Source: Azolla caroliniana (lineage: Eukaryota > Plantae > Polypodiophyta). From it: a stretch of 25,588 nucleotides of DNA. The notes below the pieces were generated by a model, which saw only the letters and a list, made by a program, of their open reading frames with translations, was not told the origin of the DNA and ran no database searches. The DNA is taken from assembly GCA_043228905.1 (NCBI GenBank), contig JBHGNT010000438.1, forward strand, positions 1 through 25,588, read 5' to 3'. This document shows positions 1 to 13,800 of the stretch, in pieces; the stretch's first letter is position 1, and each line of letters begins with the position of its first letter. The translations under genes and the position numbers were made by a program.

Positions 1-1716
1 ATGAATGTTATGGCAGACGAACACGAATTTTATGTACTATGATGTGTACAACCTTTGATGGAAATGATGGCATGATTTATTGAGAATACAGGAATGAAGT
101 TTGGAAATATGACGGTTCAAACTAGTTGGTGGAATATTATTAATTGTGAAAGTTTCTTCTGAGACAACAATTTCTTAAGCCCTATGCATACATCTTCAAT
201 CATAAAGAAGGGATGCATATGTGAACATTTAATTACTCATCTAAATTCTTCCAATGCATAAACAAGTCCATAAGAGTTATATTACAACAACTCTGAACAC
301 ATTTTCCCTTTAGGTTTCACCAAAATTTAGCACATGTATTTGTTTTCCCTTGTGTTTAGAGAATTTGTTGAGCAACTTCCCATATTCTTCTTTTTGTTTG
401 AATGTTTTTTATACTCATGCAATTGCTCTTGATATTTCTACTTATCCTTGAGAACATCCAAACTCATAAGGTACTTTCAAGTTCGTGGCATTCTTTCATT
501 GAACTACATTGCTTGGCCAAAAAACATTTGTTTGTGCATTAGAAAATGACTTTCTTGAAAACTCCCCCGTTTGTATTTTAGTATTGCACCATGTTGTAAC
601 TTTGCCATTTGCAATATACCCTCAACCATATTTGAATACATGGGTGTCTATTTAATGTCTATGCTCAAATATGGGTAAATAACTTCAATGATCTTCTCAC
701 AGTCAAACCTTTCGGTGTACATTCACGAAGTGAGAATATGTGTATGTGATCCAAATAGTTTGGGAAAGTATCACATTATTTCTAATGAGTTTTCTACATG
801 TAAAACCATTAGTATTCGATTGTAAGGATACATCATTTGGAATAAGCATTTTGATACTGTTGCGCAATTGTTAGAGTAACTTCCCAAATTGATATGGATA
901 CAATTGCAAATCCTGTTGCTTCCTTGAGATATATAGGATGAAATATTGTTACACACCAGGTTGTAAACTTCTTGTCTAAGCATCCATGTTACCAAAGACA
1001 ATAACTTCTCCAAGTCGGCTTTGAAATAAACACTGTCATCTTCTAGACCAACAAAGAATTTATCTCTATTGAAACCAACATAATTTTAGGTAGAATTTTG
1101 ACAAGGAATGTCACATCCAACTTGCAAAAGTGTGCATGTAATTTGGGGTTTTTATTTTAAGCCACATATTATGTAGCATATATGTTCATCATTTTTTTAT
1201 GATCAACATCACATATTTCTTCGATTCCATCTTAATCAAACATGCCACCCCTCCATGTCCTCTTCATTGTCTTGAATTTTTTGCCCACTATCAAGGAGTG
1301 CACATTGTAGTTGCTCAAACATTCGAATCTGTCAGAGTGTCATGGTCCCAAGATTCGATGAGACGCATGATATCAAGTTCATCGATGAACTCGACTCTGC
1401 CAAATCCCGCATTCCATGGGTATCCATCGTGATTACAAGGGCATAACTCGTAGAAGATGTGAAGGTAATGCCGAAGAAGGTTACGTGTGTGGGCAGAGTA
1501 AGGATTGGGAACGAACAGAAGAATGACAGGAGGAGGTGATGGCAGTGAGCGTGAATTGCATCTGCCCGCTCGCCCTCCTTCCTTCCATTCCATCCATTCG
1601 CCCGCCTGCCCACCCAAAGTCTAAAATTTTATACCATGCTTAGAAAGAAGGCCAAGTATAAACATGTTTGCTTTTATACATTTAAGATTAGAGGCTTAGG
1701 AGACTTAGGAGACTCT

Positions 1717-1750
1717 GAGAGAGAGGAGAGAGAGAGAGAAAGAGAGAGAG
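1717..1750 (+). repeat. Imperfect (GA)n microsatellite just upstream of the PEX16 ATG (probable 5' UTR, GAGA element)
   Basis: gagagagaggagagagagagagaaagagagagag ends 12 nt before the ATG. GA repeats are known BBR/BPC binding sites in plants, but function here is not shown. Confidence 0.85.
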
Positions 1751-1762
1751 CTGTGTGTAGCC

Positions 1763-1831
1763 ATGGAGAACTACAAGGTGTGGGTGCGACAGAATCGACA
1801 GTTGATCGCTTCCCTGGAGAGCATTGCTAAT
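1763..1831 (+). CDS. PEX16: PEX16 coding exon 1 ([23 protein letters not shown])
   Basis: ATG in gccATGG context; donor GTATGT at 1832, phase 0. Confidence 0.93.
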
Positions 1832-4800
1832 GTATGTGCTTCTTATTTTCCTTCTACATGTCATTCATTCGCTCGCCCGTTCGCTCACTCCCGCCTATTT
1901 CTTTTTCTTTCCTTGTTTCATGAACAAATTTGGCTGTCTCTCGGTATTTTTCTGTTTCTGCTCATTCTTTCTTGGATTTCATGGCTTCATAGCTTGTTTT
2001 CTTAGTTTTATGTTTGCTTTCATTCTCACTTATAAAGAAGGCGTGTAAGTCCTCTTAAATGACTAAAATCAAGGAATTTACCCGTAATATCTGGTTTACA
2101 TTTCATGTCTAGGGATCAAGACGGTATGAGTAAGTTCGTAAATGTTTCATGATAGTGCAACTCTTGTGAGTAGAAGTGAGAAAGATGGCATACGGAAGTT
2201 AAAAAGGGCTATTGTTGGGTCTAAGGTCCAAAATTTAAAGGTTTCACTTTGGAAACAATTGGTTATTTTTACAATCAAGTGTTATTTTTGGTTTTCAAAG
2301 ATTGACCAAAATGAACAAGAATCTACTTATAGTTTGATTGACGAAATTAACATTTTTTTGAGAATTTATTATCGCTTGTATGTTTCCCAAAATCACTGTA
2401 AATGCAATTGAGAGGTTCATGAAACCTATCAAGATTTTTAAACTATAATACTTCCAAGAAAAAACGAAATGATATACAAACTTCTGCCATTAGGCCAGCA
2501 TATCTTGGAGTTAGATATATATGACTTTACCCAATTATTTATGTTTAGCAAGTCTTATGAATTTCATTGCCACTGATAAATTGAAGTTAGCAATGGTGTT
2601 GTTCCTAGTAGTCAAGGCAGACTGATGTACAGAAATGAATCTGAGAGAATGCAAGAGGGAACACATCCCTTCTAACAATGATGATTTGGATCATGGATTC
2701 TAAATGATTATATTAATTTAAGTTAAACAGTAATCAAATATAAGGCTCTCCAGCTACAAGTGTGTGACAGAGAGCAGAAAGAGAACTAAGAAAATATGTT
2801 AAATGTTAATGTAGAGAGTGGATGACCTCTACAATGAAGAGTGTAAGAAAGAGAGATCACACATTGTTTAGAAATTCAATGTGTTGAGTCATCGTTTATA
2901 CGTGAGTAGGATCAGCCATGAGAACATTACTCCCATACCTACAAATAAGTGACCTATCACATCTATGCAATGAACCTCGATCCCTATGTCTTGTGTTCAC
3001 AGCATAGCTAAGACATCCACATAGAAGTGGACACTCTTGTGTCCTCGCCATAGGTATGCAATCCACATTGAAATGGGTATATATATAAATATATAAACAT
3101 TATGTTTGATTCCTACTAAGGTTATGTGTGTGCATATATTACATACCCCACACAATTGCACTGATGATATATGGCATATCCTAGTTAGAGCACCTTTATG
3201 TCTAGCTGATTCTTGGATGAGCATTTCATTCCACTTCTCGGCTGATGGTTCATCTTCTTGCTACTCAAGAATGACATCGTATCGATATCAAACATATGCA
3301 ATCTAAATTCTCTCATCATCTAAAAATCTCAAGCTATGAGGAGAATTTCGTTAATAGTATGGAATATGTCTCAAGGGTATGCGACAACTGTGAACTCCTA
3401 AACCCATGAGGAAAATGATGCATGGGATGAAAAACAGTCTGAAGGAGAGGAACAAGTAGTCACATCAGGTTATATTTTTAATAAATAGTATTAAGTTCAA
3501 ATAATAAAGGTCGTAACTGTTTGAATAAAGAAGAAAAGAAAATTCCAATTGTGTTTGTTTTATATAGTATATTAAATGCATGTGCAGACTGTGACCTGGT
3601 TTTTACCTGACCGATTTTCGAACTCTGAGATTGGTACTGAAGCTGGTATGTGAACCTATCTAAGTGTTTTAATTTGACTTGTCAATAATAAAAAGCAGTA
3701 CATTCTCACAATGATATTATTGTTATTCCCAGTTGCTTCTCTTTTGGGCCTCATAACAACATTGAACCAGTTTATTATTGACACTACACCACAAGTTCCT
3801 AGACAAGGCACAACAAGAGAACCTGAGCAGTGCTGCCTTCCACTAGCAGCGTCCTTATCAGCTGTAAAACAACTTGAGGTCTTGATTGAAGTAGTTGCAG
3901 AACATTACAGAGGTCGGGAAAAGAAGTGGAGCATATTAGCAGCTGTGGAAGCTATAAAGTAAGGTATCTACCTGGAAGCCTACAATTGTTTTATTAAAAC
4001 TTTTAAAGAAGTTGACATTTCATGGATGACTTTGGAGCTCACTTATTGGATGGTCTCACAGAGCTTCTTTACGGTTTCTGATCTTGCATCGAAATGGATA
4101 TCGTATGCTTCTAGATGGGGGGGAAACCATATGTAAAGAAAGTGGAACTCAAGCTCAATCAGGATCAAACTTTTGGGGGACTATGATAGATAAAAGGCAG
4201 TCAAATATGAGGTCATCTGCAGGAGATTTAGAGACAAAGGCAACTCTAGCTATGTCGAAGTTCAGGGAAAACATCGGCATCAACACAAAACCATCGTGGG
4301 CTTACCGCCGTCAAAGTGTGTCAAGTTCTGCAAGTGGACCTACTATTCCATGTAAGTACACAATTAGTGTTAAAGCTTTAAATGGAGGAGATTTTCTGGT
4401 CTACACATTCAGAAGTCAATGCTGTACCAACTGATTTAGTTATTTTAACTTTTATGAAGATGTGATTAATGTATCAATGTGAATTATACCTATGTCCATC
4501 AGGAAGGTATATGAATATGGTCCATTATGAGGATATGCAGCAATTAATTGGGATTTTTCATTTAATATATTAGATTAAAGATGACTGCATTCTTATGTAT
4601 TGTGGAAACTCTCATCTTGTTGAACATTAGGTGTTCCTGTATCTTGCTGTAATGGAAGTTGGGACCTGCCAGAACAGTTATCAGTTACTGGGGAATGGGT
4701 GTTTATCCTAAGACCCTTATTGTACGTGCTGTTGGTTAGGCATCATGGGTCAAGATCTTGGAAGCCATGGTTAACATCCCTTGCTCTAGATGTAACCGGC

Positions 4801-7800
4801 ATAACTTCTATATTAGCCGCTCAGATTCTAAAATATAATAGGGGCATGAGTAGTGCTGGCAATATGGAGCATCTTCAACTTTCTACTGAGGAGGTTCAAG
4901 AGGTGAGTAGACTTATTTTGTGAAATGAAAGAATTCTATTATTTCTTTTATAAACAAGTCTATGTGACAATATTACACTACCTTCAAAAGCTGAAAGGGG
5001 AGAAATATTTTATTACCTTCTCGTAAAGACCATATGAGAGAAATGACGTGTACTACATGTGTCCATTGGAATTAATACATGCTATCCAGAAATATCCTGG
5101 AATTAATACCATGCACAGAAATGAAATGAATTATTATATTGATGCCTTTAATAGGCGAAAATGATAGGCTAGACCAAAAGAAGTTACATTCAGAGAGAGG
5201 GATAGATAGATTCTATTATCTTCTGCGGAGGTTGAATATGACCTATGAGACCAAGAATATTACATTTCATGTAATACATGTGAAATTGAGTAGTGACTCT
5301 CAATGTTCAAGAACTTTACCAATGAATATTGCAATCGAGAGTGCACATTGTGGTTGCGAGAGAAATTCGTGCAAGGATTGAGTTTGGTCAAAGTTGTGTC
5401 TAAAGCATGTGTGAATATGATCAAAGGTAGAGTATTGTATCAAAGTGCGATACTTAGACTCTCTAACTTGTTTAGGGCAAAGTATGCATAGTCGACCACT
5501 CTCATCACTTTTGCCCCAATGCGCCATCTTGTGAGAAAAGCTGTTAATAGAAGCAACGCAATAGTTGTTAGAACAAAATAGACACAACCAAGCTGTGAGA
5601 AGGCTGTTAGACAACAATAGCAAAAATGGTTGCAAAGAGTAGACACAGCCAAAGAGTAGAGCTTGTTCACAAGTAGCAACAAATATATCTTTACAAAAGA
5701 GGATGGTAAGCCTATTTATACAAAATTGGGGAACGTGGGTGAAATGGTTGTTTGGTAAAGTGACTCTTGTACTACCAAACAAGTACAATAAACTAGGAAT
5801 AAAAGGGAATATCTTGGAAAAAGTGGAAGAGAGAAGGCATTTAAAGCGTTGCAAATTCTAGAGAGAGAAGGCATTTAAAGAGTTGTAGATTCTAGAGAGA
5901 GAAGAATCTAAGAAGAGAGAGAATGTAGAAAAGAGATAATAAAGATGAAAGAGAGTGTAGGTCTTGAGCTGCCACCCTCCAACACCTCCTCCTAGCTCAA
6001 AAATGACGGTCCAACATTGAGTTGACCGAGGAGCTGATCAATGGCTTGCCTTGGAAGTGGCTTAGTAAATAAATCAACCACATTTTCTTGAGTAGGACAA
6101 TATGCCAAGTTGATGACTTGTGATTTCACTAATTCACGAACAAAATGGTAGTACATTTCAATATGTTTTGTTCTACCATGAAATGCTAAGCTATGTGCCA
6201 AGGCACGGGCATTTTGGCTGTTAGTGAAAACTGCAATAGGACTCTTGCAAAACACCAATGTGACAAAATAATTGCATTAACCATAGCAACTCATAGCAAC
6301 TCATAGCAAGTATCCAAGTAGGCTTGATATTTAGCTCCGTCGATGAAGTAGAAACTGAGTTTTGCTTCTTTGATTTCCAAGAAATCAAGCTTGAACTTAA
6401 CATAAAACAATAGCCAGATGTGGACCTTCTAGAATCAATATCACTCGAGTAGCCAACAAGCTCAATGCTGCCTCTAAAAGAGAGACCATAGTTGAGTGTG
6501 TTGGCCAAATACCTAAGAACTCAAATAGTTGCTTGCCAATGACTTTGTCTTGGAGCACTTGAGAATTGGTTGAGAATACTCACTATAGGACAAATCATGC
6601 CTAGTGTAAGTTAAGTGAAAAAGAGACCCAATTAACCTTCTATATTTCGTGATATCTTCAAATGGGAGAATCGTCTTCATGAGATAGCTTTGAGTTTGGA
6701 TCCATTGGACAGGAGAGTGGCTTGCAATTTGACATGCTATAGGTCTCAAGGAGCTGCTTGAGATACTTATGTTGGCTGAGGAAGATACCACCCTGTGATT
6801 GATAGGCCTCCATACCTATGAAGTAATGGAGAAGTCCTAGATTAGTCATTTTGAATGTGATTTTGAGGTCAGTGCGAAGCTCCTCGATTTTAGAAGCAAG
6901 GGACCTTGTAATTAGAAGGTTGTCAACACATAATATGATCAAGCATAACAATTTATCTTAGGAAAAGACATAAAGATTGTTGTCAGCATAAGAGTGTTGA
7001 AACCCAAGAAAGAAAGAAAGATATATTAACGTCTTTTATGAGGCCAAAATGGCCTATAAGACCAAACAAGAGATTACATCTTAAATGTTTCTCGTCTTTG
7101 AGAACAACAAATCAACAAATCAAAATAAAATAAATATTACTCCGTAAATATAAAAGTAAATAAGATAAAAAGAGACGAGGGAAACTGGATTTCGGCACAT
7201 GTGAGTCTCTCAAGTTAGATGAATTGTAACTTTTGTCTTCGAAAGATCTCTAGCATAGGTCGATCCAGAATGGAAAGGTCTCCAAAGCGAGGGAAGCACT
7301 TGCAATGGCGGGAGATAATGGCTTTTATTTGTCGATGACAAGGGTGTTGAGGTTGTGGTCCATGGTGCTGGGGTCTACGTGCACGACAAATTGCTATTGC
7401 CCGATCAATTGTAACCCCTTTGTTATGTCTTGGTCAGGAGCCCATTTGTGTATCCCTTGATTGACTTATAGCATTAGCAAGAGTGATGGGGCTAAAGAAA
7501 GTTGTGATTGTTCTTTGTGGATGAGCTTGTGTGGCTATATCCTTCAACAACTTTTCCCAATGTCTCTTGAGCTCTAGCAAGAAAAATTCTAGGCACCGTT
7601 GGTCCTCATATTCCATTACCTTGCGTAGGGGGCCAAAGCCTTGTTTAAAGAGGCAACGGTATCTCCCTTTGATTTCATAAAAGACACTACAGTGACAAAC
7701 ATAGTGTTCTTTGAATTCCACTCCTTGATGACACAATTGGCAAATTCTTTCTTCTAGAGGTATTCGTGTATATGTATCTGCCTACTTTGTAGAAAATGCA

Positions 7801-10800
7801 AGGATCTTAGGCTAACTCTCACACAACAAGATCACTTAGAAGACTTAAGGAAATATCAGTAGATTAGGGAAAACGAGCTTTGATTACAAAGATGTAGAAT
7901 GGTTTATATAACCAGTTTCTACAATCACTTTATTAGGTTAACACTATTATAACTATATACACACCTAACAACTACTTAACTAGGTTCATACTATTCTAAG
8001 TATGTTCACACCCAACAGTTACTTAATTAGGTTCACACTATTATAACAATGTTCACACCAAAGCTTTCATAGGATACACTTTAAGTGTAACAAACCCCCC
8101 TGAAATGAATGGTGTGGACTTGAATGTGGTCACTATCCAGGTGTTGGAAGAATGCCCAATTCCTTGCGAAAATATTCAAACTTTTCTCTTGATAGAGGCT
8201 TGGTGAAAATGTTTGCAACATTTTCATGAGTTGGTGCATAGACCAAGTTTATCTCTTTAGCATGGAACTGCTCCCTCACATAATGATAGTGCACCTCAAT
8301 GTGTTTTGTTCGTGCATGGAAGACGGGATTTCTTGCAATAGCCAAGGCACTTTGACTATCTGTAAATATACATGTAGGAGATGGTTGCTCAAGTGACAAA
8401 TTGGACAATAATCTCTTGAGCCAAACACACTCTATTGTGGCGCTGAATGCTGTTCTATATTCAGCTTCACAACTTGATGTTGCCACTGTTGGCTGCTTCT
8501 TGCTGAGCCAGGAAACACAGGAATTGCCGATCATGAGACAATTTCCACTATGTGAGACACGAATGTCATAGCAGCCAGCTCAATCACTATCAGTGAAGGC
8601 TGTTAAAATAGATGAACTTCCTTCTCCATAGAAGAGGCTGAAATCCATAGTGCCTTTGAGGTCAGGGAAAACTTGCTTGGCTGCTTGCCAATGCTTTGTT
8701 CCAGGGCTGTGCATAAACCTGCTTAATTGCGAAACAGCATATTGAATGTCAGGTCACGTGTTGCACAAAAATATCAAACAACCTACAGGTTGCTGGTATA
8801 AGAGTGCATCAGTTGGTTGTCCTTTGTCTTGGTATTAGAATTTGAATCTTGCTTCTACAGGAGTGGAGATTGGCTTGCAGTCTTCATAACCTGAATCATT
8901 GTAGGAGCTTCTCCATGTACTTTTGTTGACTGAGAAAAATGCTTCCCTCAACAGTAATAAATTGAATGCTGAGGTAGTAATGGAGATGACCAAGATCTGT
9001 AAGTTTAAATGTCTTACTAAGATCAGCTTTGAAATCTGCAATTTCTTGCACATTAGGTCCTATGATTAGCAAATCATCAACATAAAGCACAACAATTAGT
9101 AATTTCTCTCCATCCTTTCGGACATAGAGATTGCTTTCAGTTGGGCTGTTTACAAAACTGAGTTGAAGAAGATGAGCATGGATCTTTGCCTTCCACGCTC
9201 GAGGTGCTTGCTTCAAGTCGTGCAAAGCTTTAAGTAACCTGCAAACTTTAGTTTTTGCACCTTTAATGTCAAAACCTAGAGGTTGAGCTACATAAAACTC
9301 TTCTTCTAAATCTCCATTTAAGAAGGCGGGTTTAATGTCTAATTGGTTTCCATCCCTTAATTGCTGCTGCAGCAATTGTAGCTCTGATTGTAGTCATCTT
9401 TGAAGTGGGGGCGAAGGTTTCTTCATAGTCTATCCCCTCTTTTTGGGAACAGCCTTTTGCCACAAGTCTTGCTTTAAAACGATCAATGCTTCCATCCGCA
9501 TTATGCTTGACTTTGTAAATCCACTCTATGTTTAGGTAGATCACATAACTCCCAAGTGTTGTTCTTGTAGAAGGACCCAAGTTCTGATTTCATGGCTTCA
9601 ACCCAATGGTCATGTGCTAATGCATCCTTAAGAGAGAGTGGTTCCTCATCACAAATTTCAGTGATAAGAGCATGATGCACATAATGCAGTTCAGCTTGCT
9701 GATTAGTTGACCGGGTTTTACCTTGAAGAGGAAACTTGAGTTTGCTGTCCATGAGGTGTTAATCAGCAATTTAGGAACTGTTCTTGCTTGCTGAGAAGAG
9801 GCTTGTTCTTCCTCCAATTCCATGTCAAGATCATGTGGGTTAATGACCTGTAATTATCAACAATGTTTGGTTGCTCATTTTCAACCACATTGGGCTGTTG
9901 CAAGAGATCAATTTGAGCATTGCTTGGCTGCTCTACATTGTTGTTTGGAGCATGTTGTTGCTGATGCAAAACCTGCACATTACCTCCATGAGGTTGGGTT
10001 AATCGATCACCTTCAAACACAACATTTTGGAGCAATCCACAAGTGGTTGAGCTGCATTTTCAGCAAATATCACATCCCATCTGATGATGATCTTACCAGT
10101 AGTGGGCTGAAACAATTGATAACCTTTGCTTTCTTTGCGGTAGCCAACAAAGATGCATTTTGTTGCTTTGTCTTGAAGCTTATGGCATTGCTGTGGTGGC
10201 ACAAATGCATAAGCCAAGCTTCCAAATATTCTCATGTGTCCAACATTTGGCTTGTGACTAGTCCAAGCCTCACACGGAGTGATAGTTGTTATTGCTTTTG
10301 TGGGGCATCTATTCAAAACATAGTTTACACACATTACAACTTCTAGCCAAAACTTATGAGGTAGCTTCTTACCATTGAGCATGCATCTTGCCATCTCCAT
10401 GAAAGATTTATTCTTTCTCTTAGCCAAACCATTTTGTTGTGATGTGTATGGAGTGGTGCATTGATGGATAATTCCTCTGTCCTTCAAGAAAGCATTGAAC
10501 TCTTGAGACATGTACTCACCCCCTCTATCGGTGCGAAGAGTAATGAGTTTGTGACCACTAAAATTTTCAGCAAGGTGTAAGAATTCTTTGAAGCATGAAA
10601 AGTCATTAGATTTCTCCTTCAAAGGATATACCCAAGTGTGTCGGGTAGCATCATCAATGAATGTAAGAAAATAAAGATAACCTCGAATTGATGGTGTTCT
10701 CATTGGGCCACATACATCACTATGTACAAGTTGAAGCTTGTGTGTTGCCAAAACATCAACATCTTTTGGAAATGAAAACTTGTGCATCTTTCCTAGAATA

Positions 10801-13800
10801 CAGCCTTCACAAACATGATTAGATGGTACATAAATGGAAGGAAGATTGCATATGATATCATGCTTGCTAAGCCGTGCAAGGCGGCTGAAATTTAAATGGC
10901 AGAACCGAGCATGCCATAGTTCAGAATTGCTTTGTGTTTGGGCATCCACCGCTAATGCATTTTGGTCATCAAATTTCTGATATATGTCAAGCTTGTAAAG
11001 GTTGTTGAACAAACTACCTGTTATGACAATGATATCGCCCTTTGTAAGATCATGTACTGTGCATTTGTCATAGAGAAAATGGATAGGGTATCCATGCATA
11101 GCAATGGCAGAAACAGAAATAAGGTTTTCTTTATGCCAGGGACATAGAGAACATTGTTCAAGGTGACTACATCCCCATTGACAGCTATAATATGAACTTG
11201 ACCAATGCCTTGTATGATGTAAGAAGCATTATGGGAAGAAGTAATGGTGCCCGCCTTATGACAAACATCTTCAAGTGTGACAAAGAAATTTTTGCATTGC
11301 TATCAAAATACTAAGCATCTGTAGAGTCACTTACCGATAAACATACGTCATCCTTGTATGCATAGATTGACCCATGCGTGATATTCGTGGTATTCGACAT
11401 CCGTAATATTCGTAATATTCGAGAATACAAAATGACCCCAAGAATATTACAAAACCATTTGTTTATTTATTTATTATTTAAAAAAAAAACAAATATTTTT
11501 ACATCTATTATATAAAAATTATATTAGTGTGAGGTCCCCTTATTAATGTCAGATAAAAATATCAAATTTGGTGGGAGAGTAAAAAGTGGAGAATTAATGG
11601 ACCTTTTATTTATTATTTAGTAAAAATAAAACAAATACTTTTAAGTTTTACATCTATTATAAAAATACTATTAGTGTAAAGTCCCCTTATTAATGTCAGA
11701 TAAAAATATCAAATTTGGTGGGAGAGTAAAAAGTGGAGAATTAATGAACCTTTTATATATTATTTATTAAAAATAAAACAAATACTTTTAAGTTTTACAT
11801 CTATTATAAAAATATTATTAGTGTAAAGTTCCCTTATTAATGTCAGATAAAAATATCAAATTTGGTGGGAACCTTTTATTTATTTACATATTTTTATTTA
11901 TTTATTGAAAAATGAAACAAATACATTTAAGTTTTATATCTATTATAAAAATATTATTAGAGTGAGGTCCCCTTTTTAATGAAAAATAAAAATACCAAAT
12001 TTTGTGGGAGAATAAACACTGGGGAATTAATGAACCTTTTATTTATTATTATTTTATTATTAATTAAAAATAAAACAATTACTTTTAAGTTTTACATTTA
12101 TTATATAAAATATTATTAGTGTAAGTCTCCTTTTTAATGTGAAGTTAAATATCTCCTTTTTATTGTCAAAGTCCTCTTGGTTATATGATATATATAAGAA
12201 ACTAAAAAGTATGAACTCTTTTTTTCTTTTTTTTTAACGATTATTTTTTCATGCATTCATATGCGTATTCATATGCATTCGTTTGGTAACCCCCACGAAT
12301 GCGAATATGTCAATTGAAGGCAACACGAGGATTAGGGTTTAGGTCAAAAACAGAGAGGGAGAGAGTTTGAGTGAGAGACAAAGGGAGAGAGAGAGATGCA
12401 CGTTGTCTTGGGTACAAAGAGTGTACCTCTTTTTTGGTTTTTAGATATTATGTATATACAAGGCAAAAGTGTGCTATGGGTGTGTTCACACTCGTGCACT
12501 AATAAAAGGCACGATGGCCCTTTATTCCCAACAACCTCCCACCTAAAGGCAATGTGCCGTGAGAAGGAAAAAAAAGAAAGTCAGCTAAGTCCAAGCATGT
12601 AGAAAGCTGAACTAAATACATCTATCCAACTCCCATCATCTATCGGCAATGAGCAAATCGCTCAGCTGAAAGACTCTTCGTGAGAAGATCTGCAGGATTA
12701 TTATTTGTATGTACTTTGACAAGCTCAATGTTCTTGCTATCAAGTACATCTCTGATGAAGTGATACTTCACCTCTATGTGCTTTGTCTTTGCGTGAAAGA
12801 CAGGATTCCGAGCTAGCATGATAGCACTTTGGCTGTCACAATGAAGAATAGGTAACTCTGTAATGCCAAGATCTCTCACTAGATATGAAAGCCATAAAGC
12901 CTCTTTGCATGCCTCAGTGGCAGCAACAAACTCTGCCTCTGTCGTAGACAATGCAACACACTTTTGTAGTCTGGAGATCCAATAGACCGCTCCTCCTGTG
13001 AAAGTAAACACATACCCAGAAGTAGACTTCCTGCAGTCTGCGTGACCAGCATGGTCCGCATCCGTAAAACCAACAACATATGCCTTTTGCTTTCCAAAGC
13101 AAATGCCCAAGTCCTTTGTGCCTTTGAGGTATCTCATAATACCTTTCTCCGCTTCCCAATGCTTTTTGCCGGGGTTTTCCATGTACCTACTAACCACTCT
13201 CACTGCAAAGGCAATATCAGGGCGTGCAGCAACCATCGCATATATCAAACTGCCAACGGCTGAAGCATACGGAACCTTAGCCATTTCAGCCTTCTCATCA
13301 TCAGATGTAGGGCTGTCTTCTGCATTGAGTTTCAAATATGGAGGTAATGGAACCCCAATTGTTTTCCCCCCCTCCATATTGAAACGCTGCAAAACCTTAG
13401 AGATATACTCCTGCTGAGATAGAAAGAGTACCCCTTTCGACCGGTTTCGGAGTATTCGCATGCCAAGGATGTGATTTGCATCACCAAGATCCTTCATATG
13501 CTCTGCCATGACGGCTTTGCTTCAATGAATCCAAGGCATGAATATCCTTGCTAGCAATCAATATATCATCAACATACAAAACCAAGACAATCAGGCTGCC
13601 ATCTCTTGCCTTCTTGGTGTACAAGCAGTGGTCCACTTGACTTCTACGAAAACCTTGAGATTGCATAAATGCATCAAATTTATGATACCATTCTCTTGGT
13701 GCTTGTTTCAACCCATACAAACTCCTTTTGAGCTTACAAACCATCTTCTCTTTGCCTTTAACCACAAAACCTTCAGGCTGCTGCATATATATGTCTTCAT

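Noticed and set aside
1315-1617. 100-aa and 93-aa minus ORFs as a functional divergent gene
   Set aside because: No recognised family or splice structure, and the frames break down downstream; kept only as part of a low-interest decayed-frame finding.
5300-5854. 184-aa minus-strand ORF and overlapping short ORFs
   Set aside because: They lie within the Copia A LTR, have no recognisable domain, and the 184-aa ORF has a non-ATG start; treated as chance ORFs.
6282-6309. 10-bp tandem repeat catagcaact x~2.8
   Set aside because: Simple slippage duplication that frameshifts a dead RNase H.
9822-10346. 174-aa plus-strand ORF
   Set aside because: Antisense shadow of the Copia B integrase region.
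11455-12170. CRISPR-like or regularly spaced array
   Set aside because: The units repeat in full with no unique spacers, and the context is a eukaryotic intron.
12331-12343. Telomere-like ttagggtttagg
   Set aside because: Under two units, inside an LTR; at most a telo-box-like motif, not an interstitial telomere.
13481-13509. Programmed frameshift between the two Copia C ORFs
   Set aside because: It falls inside the RT domain, has no slippery site and locally corrupts the motif before MKDLG, so it is a mutation.
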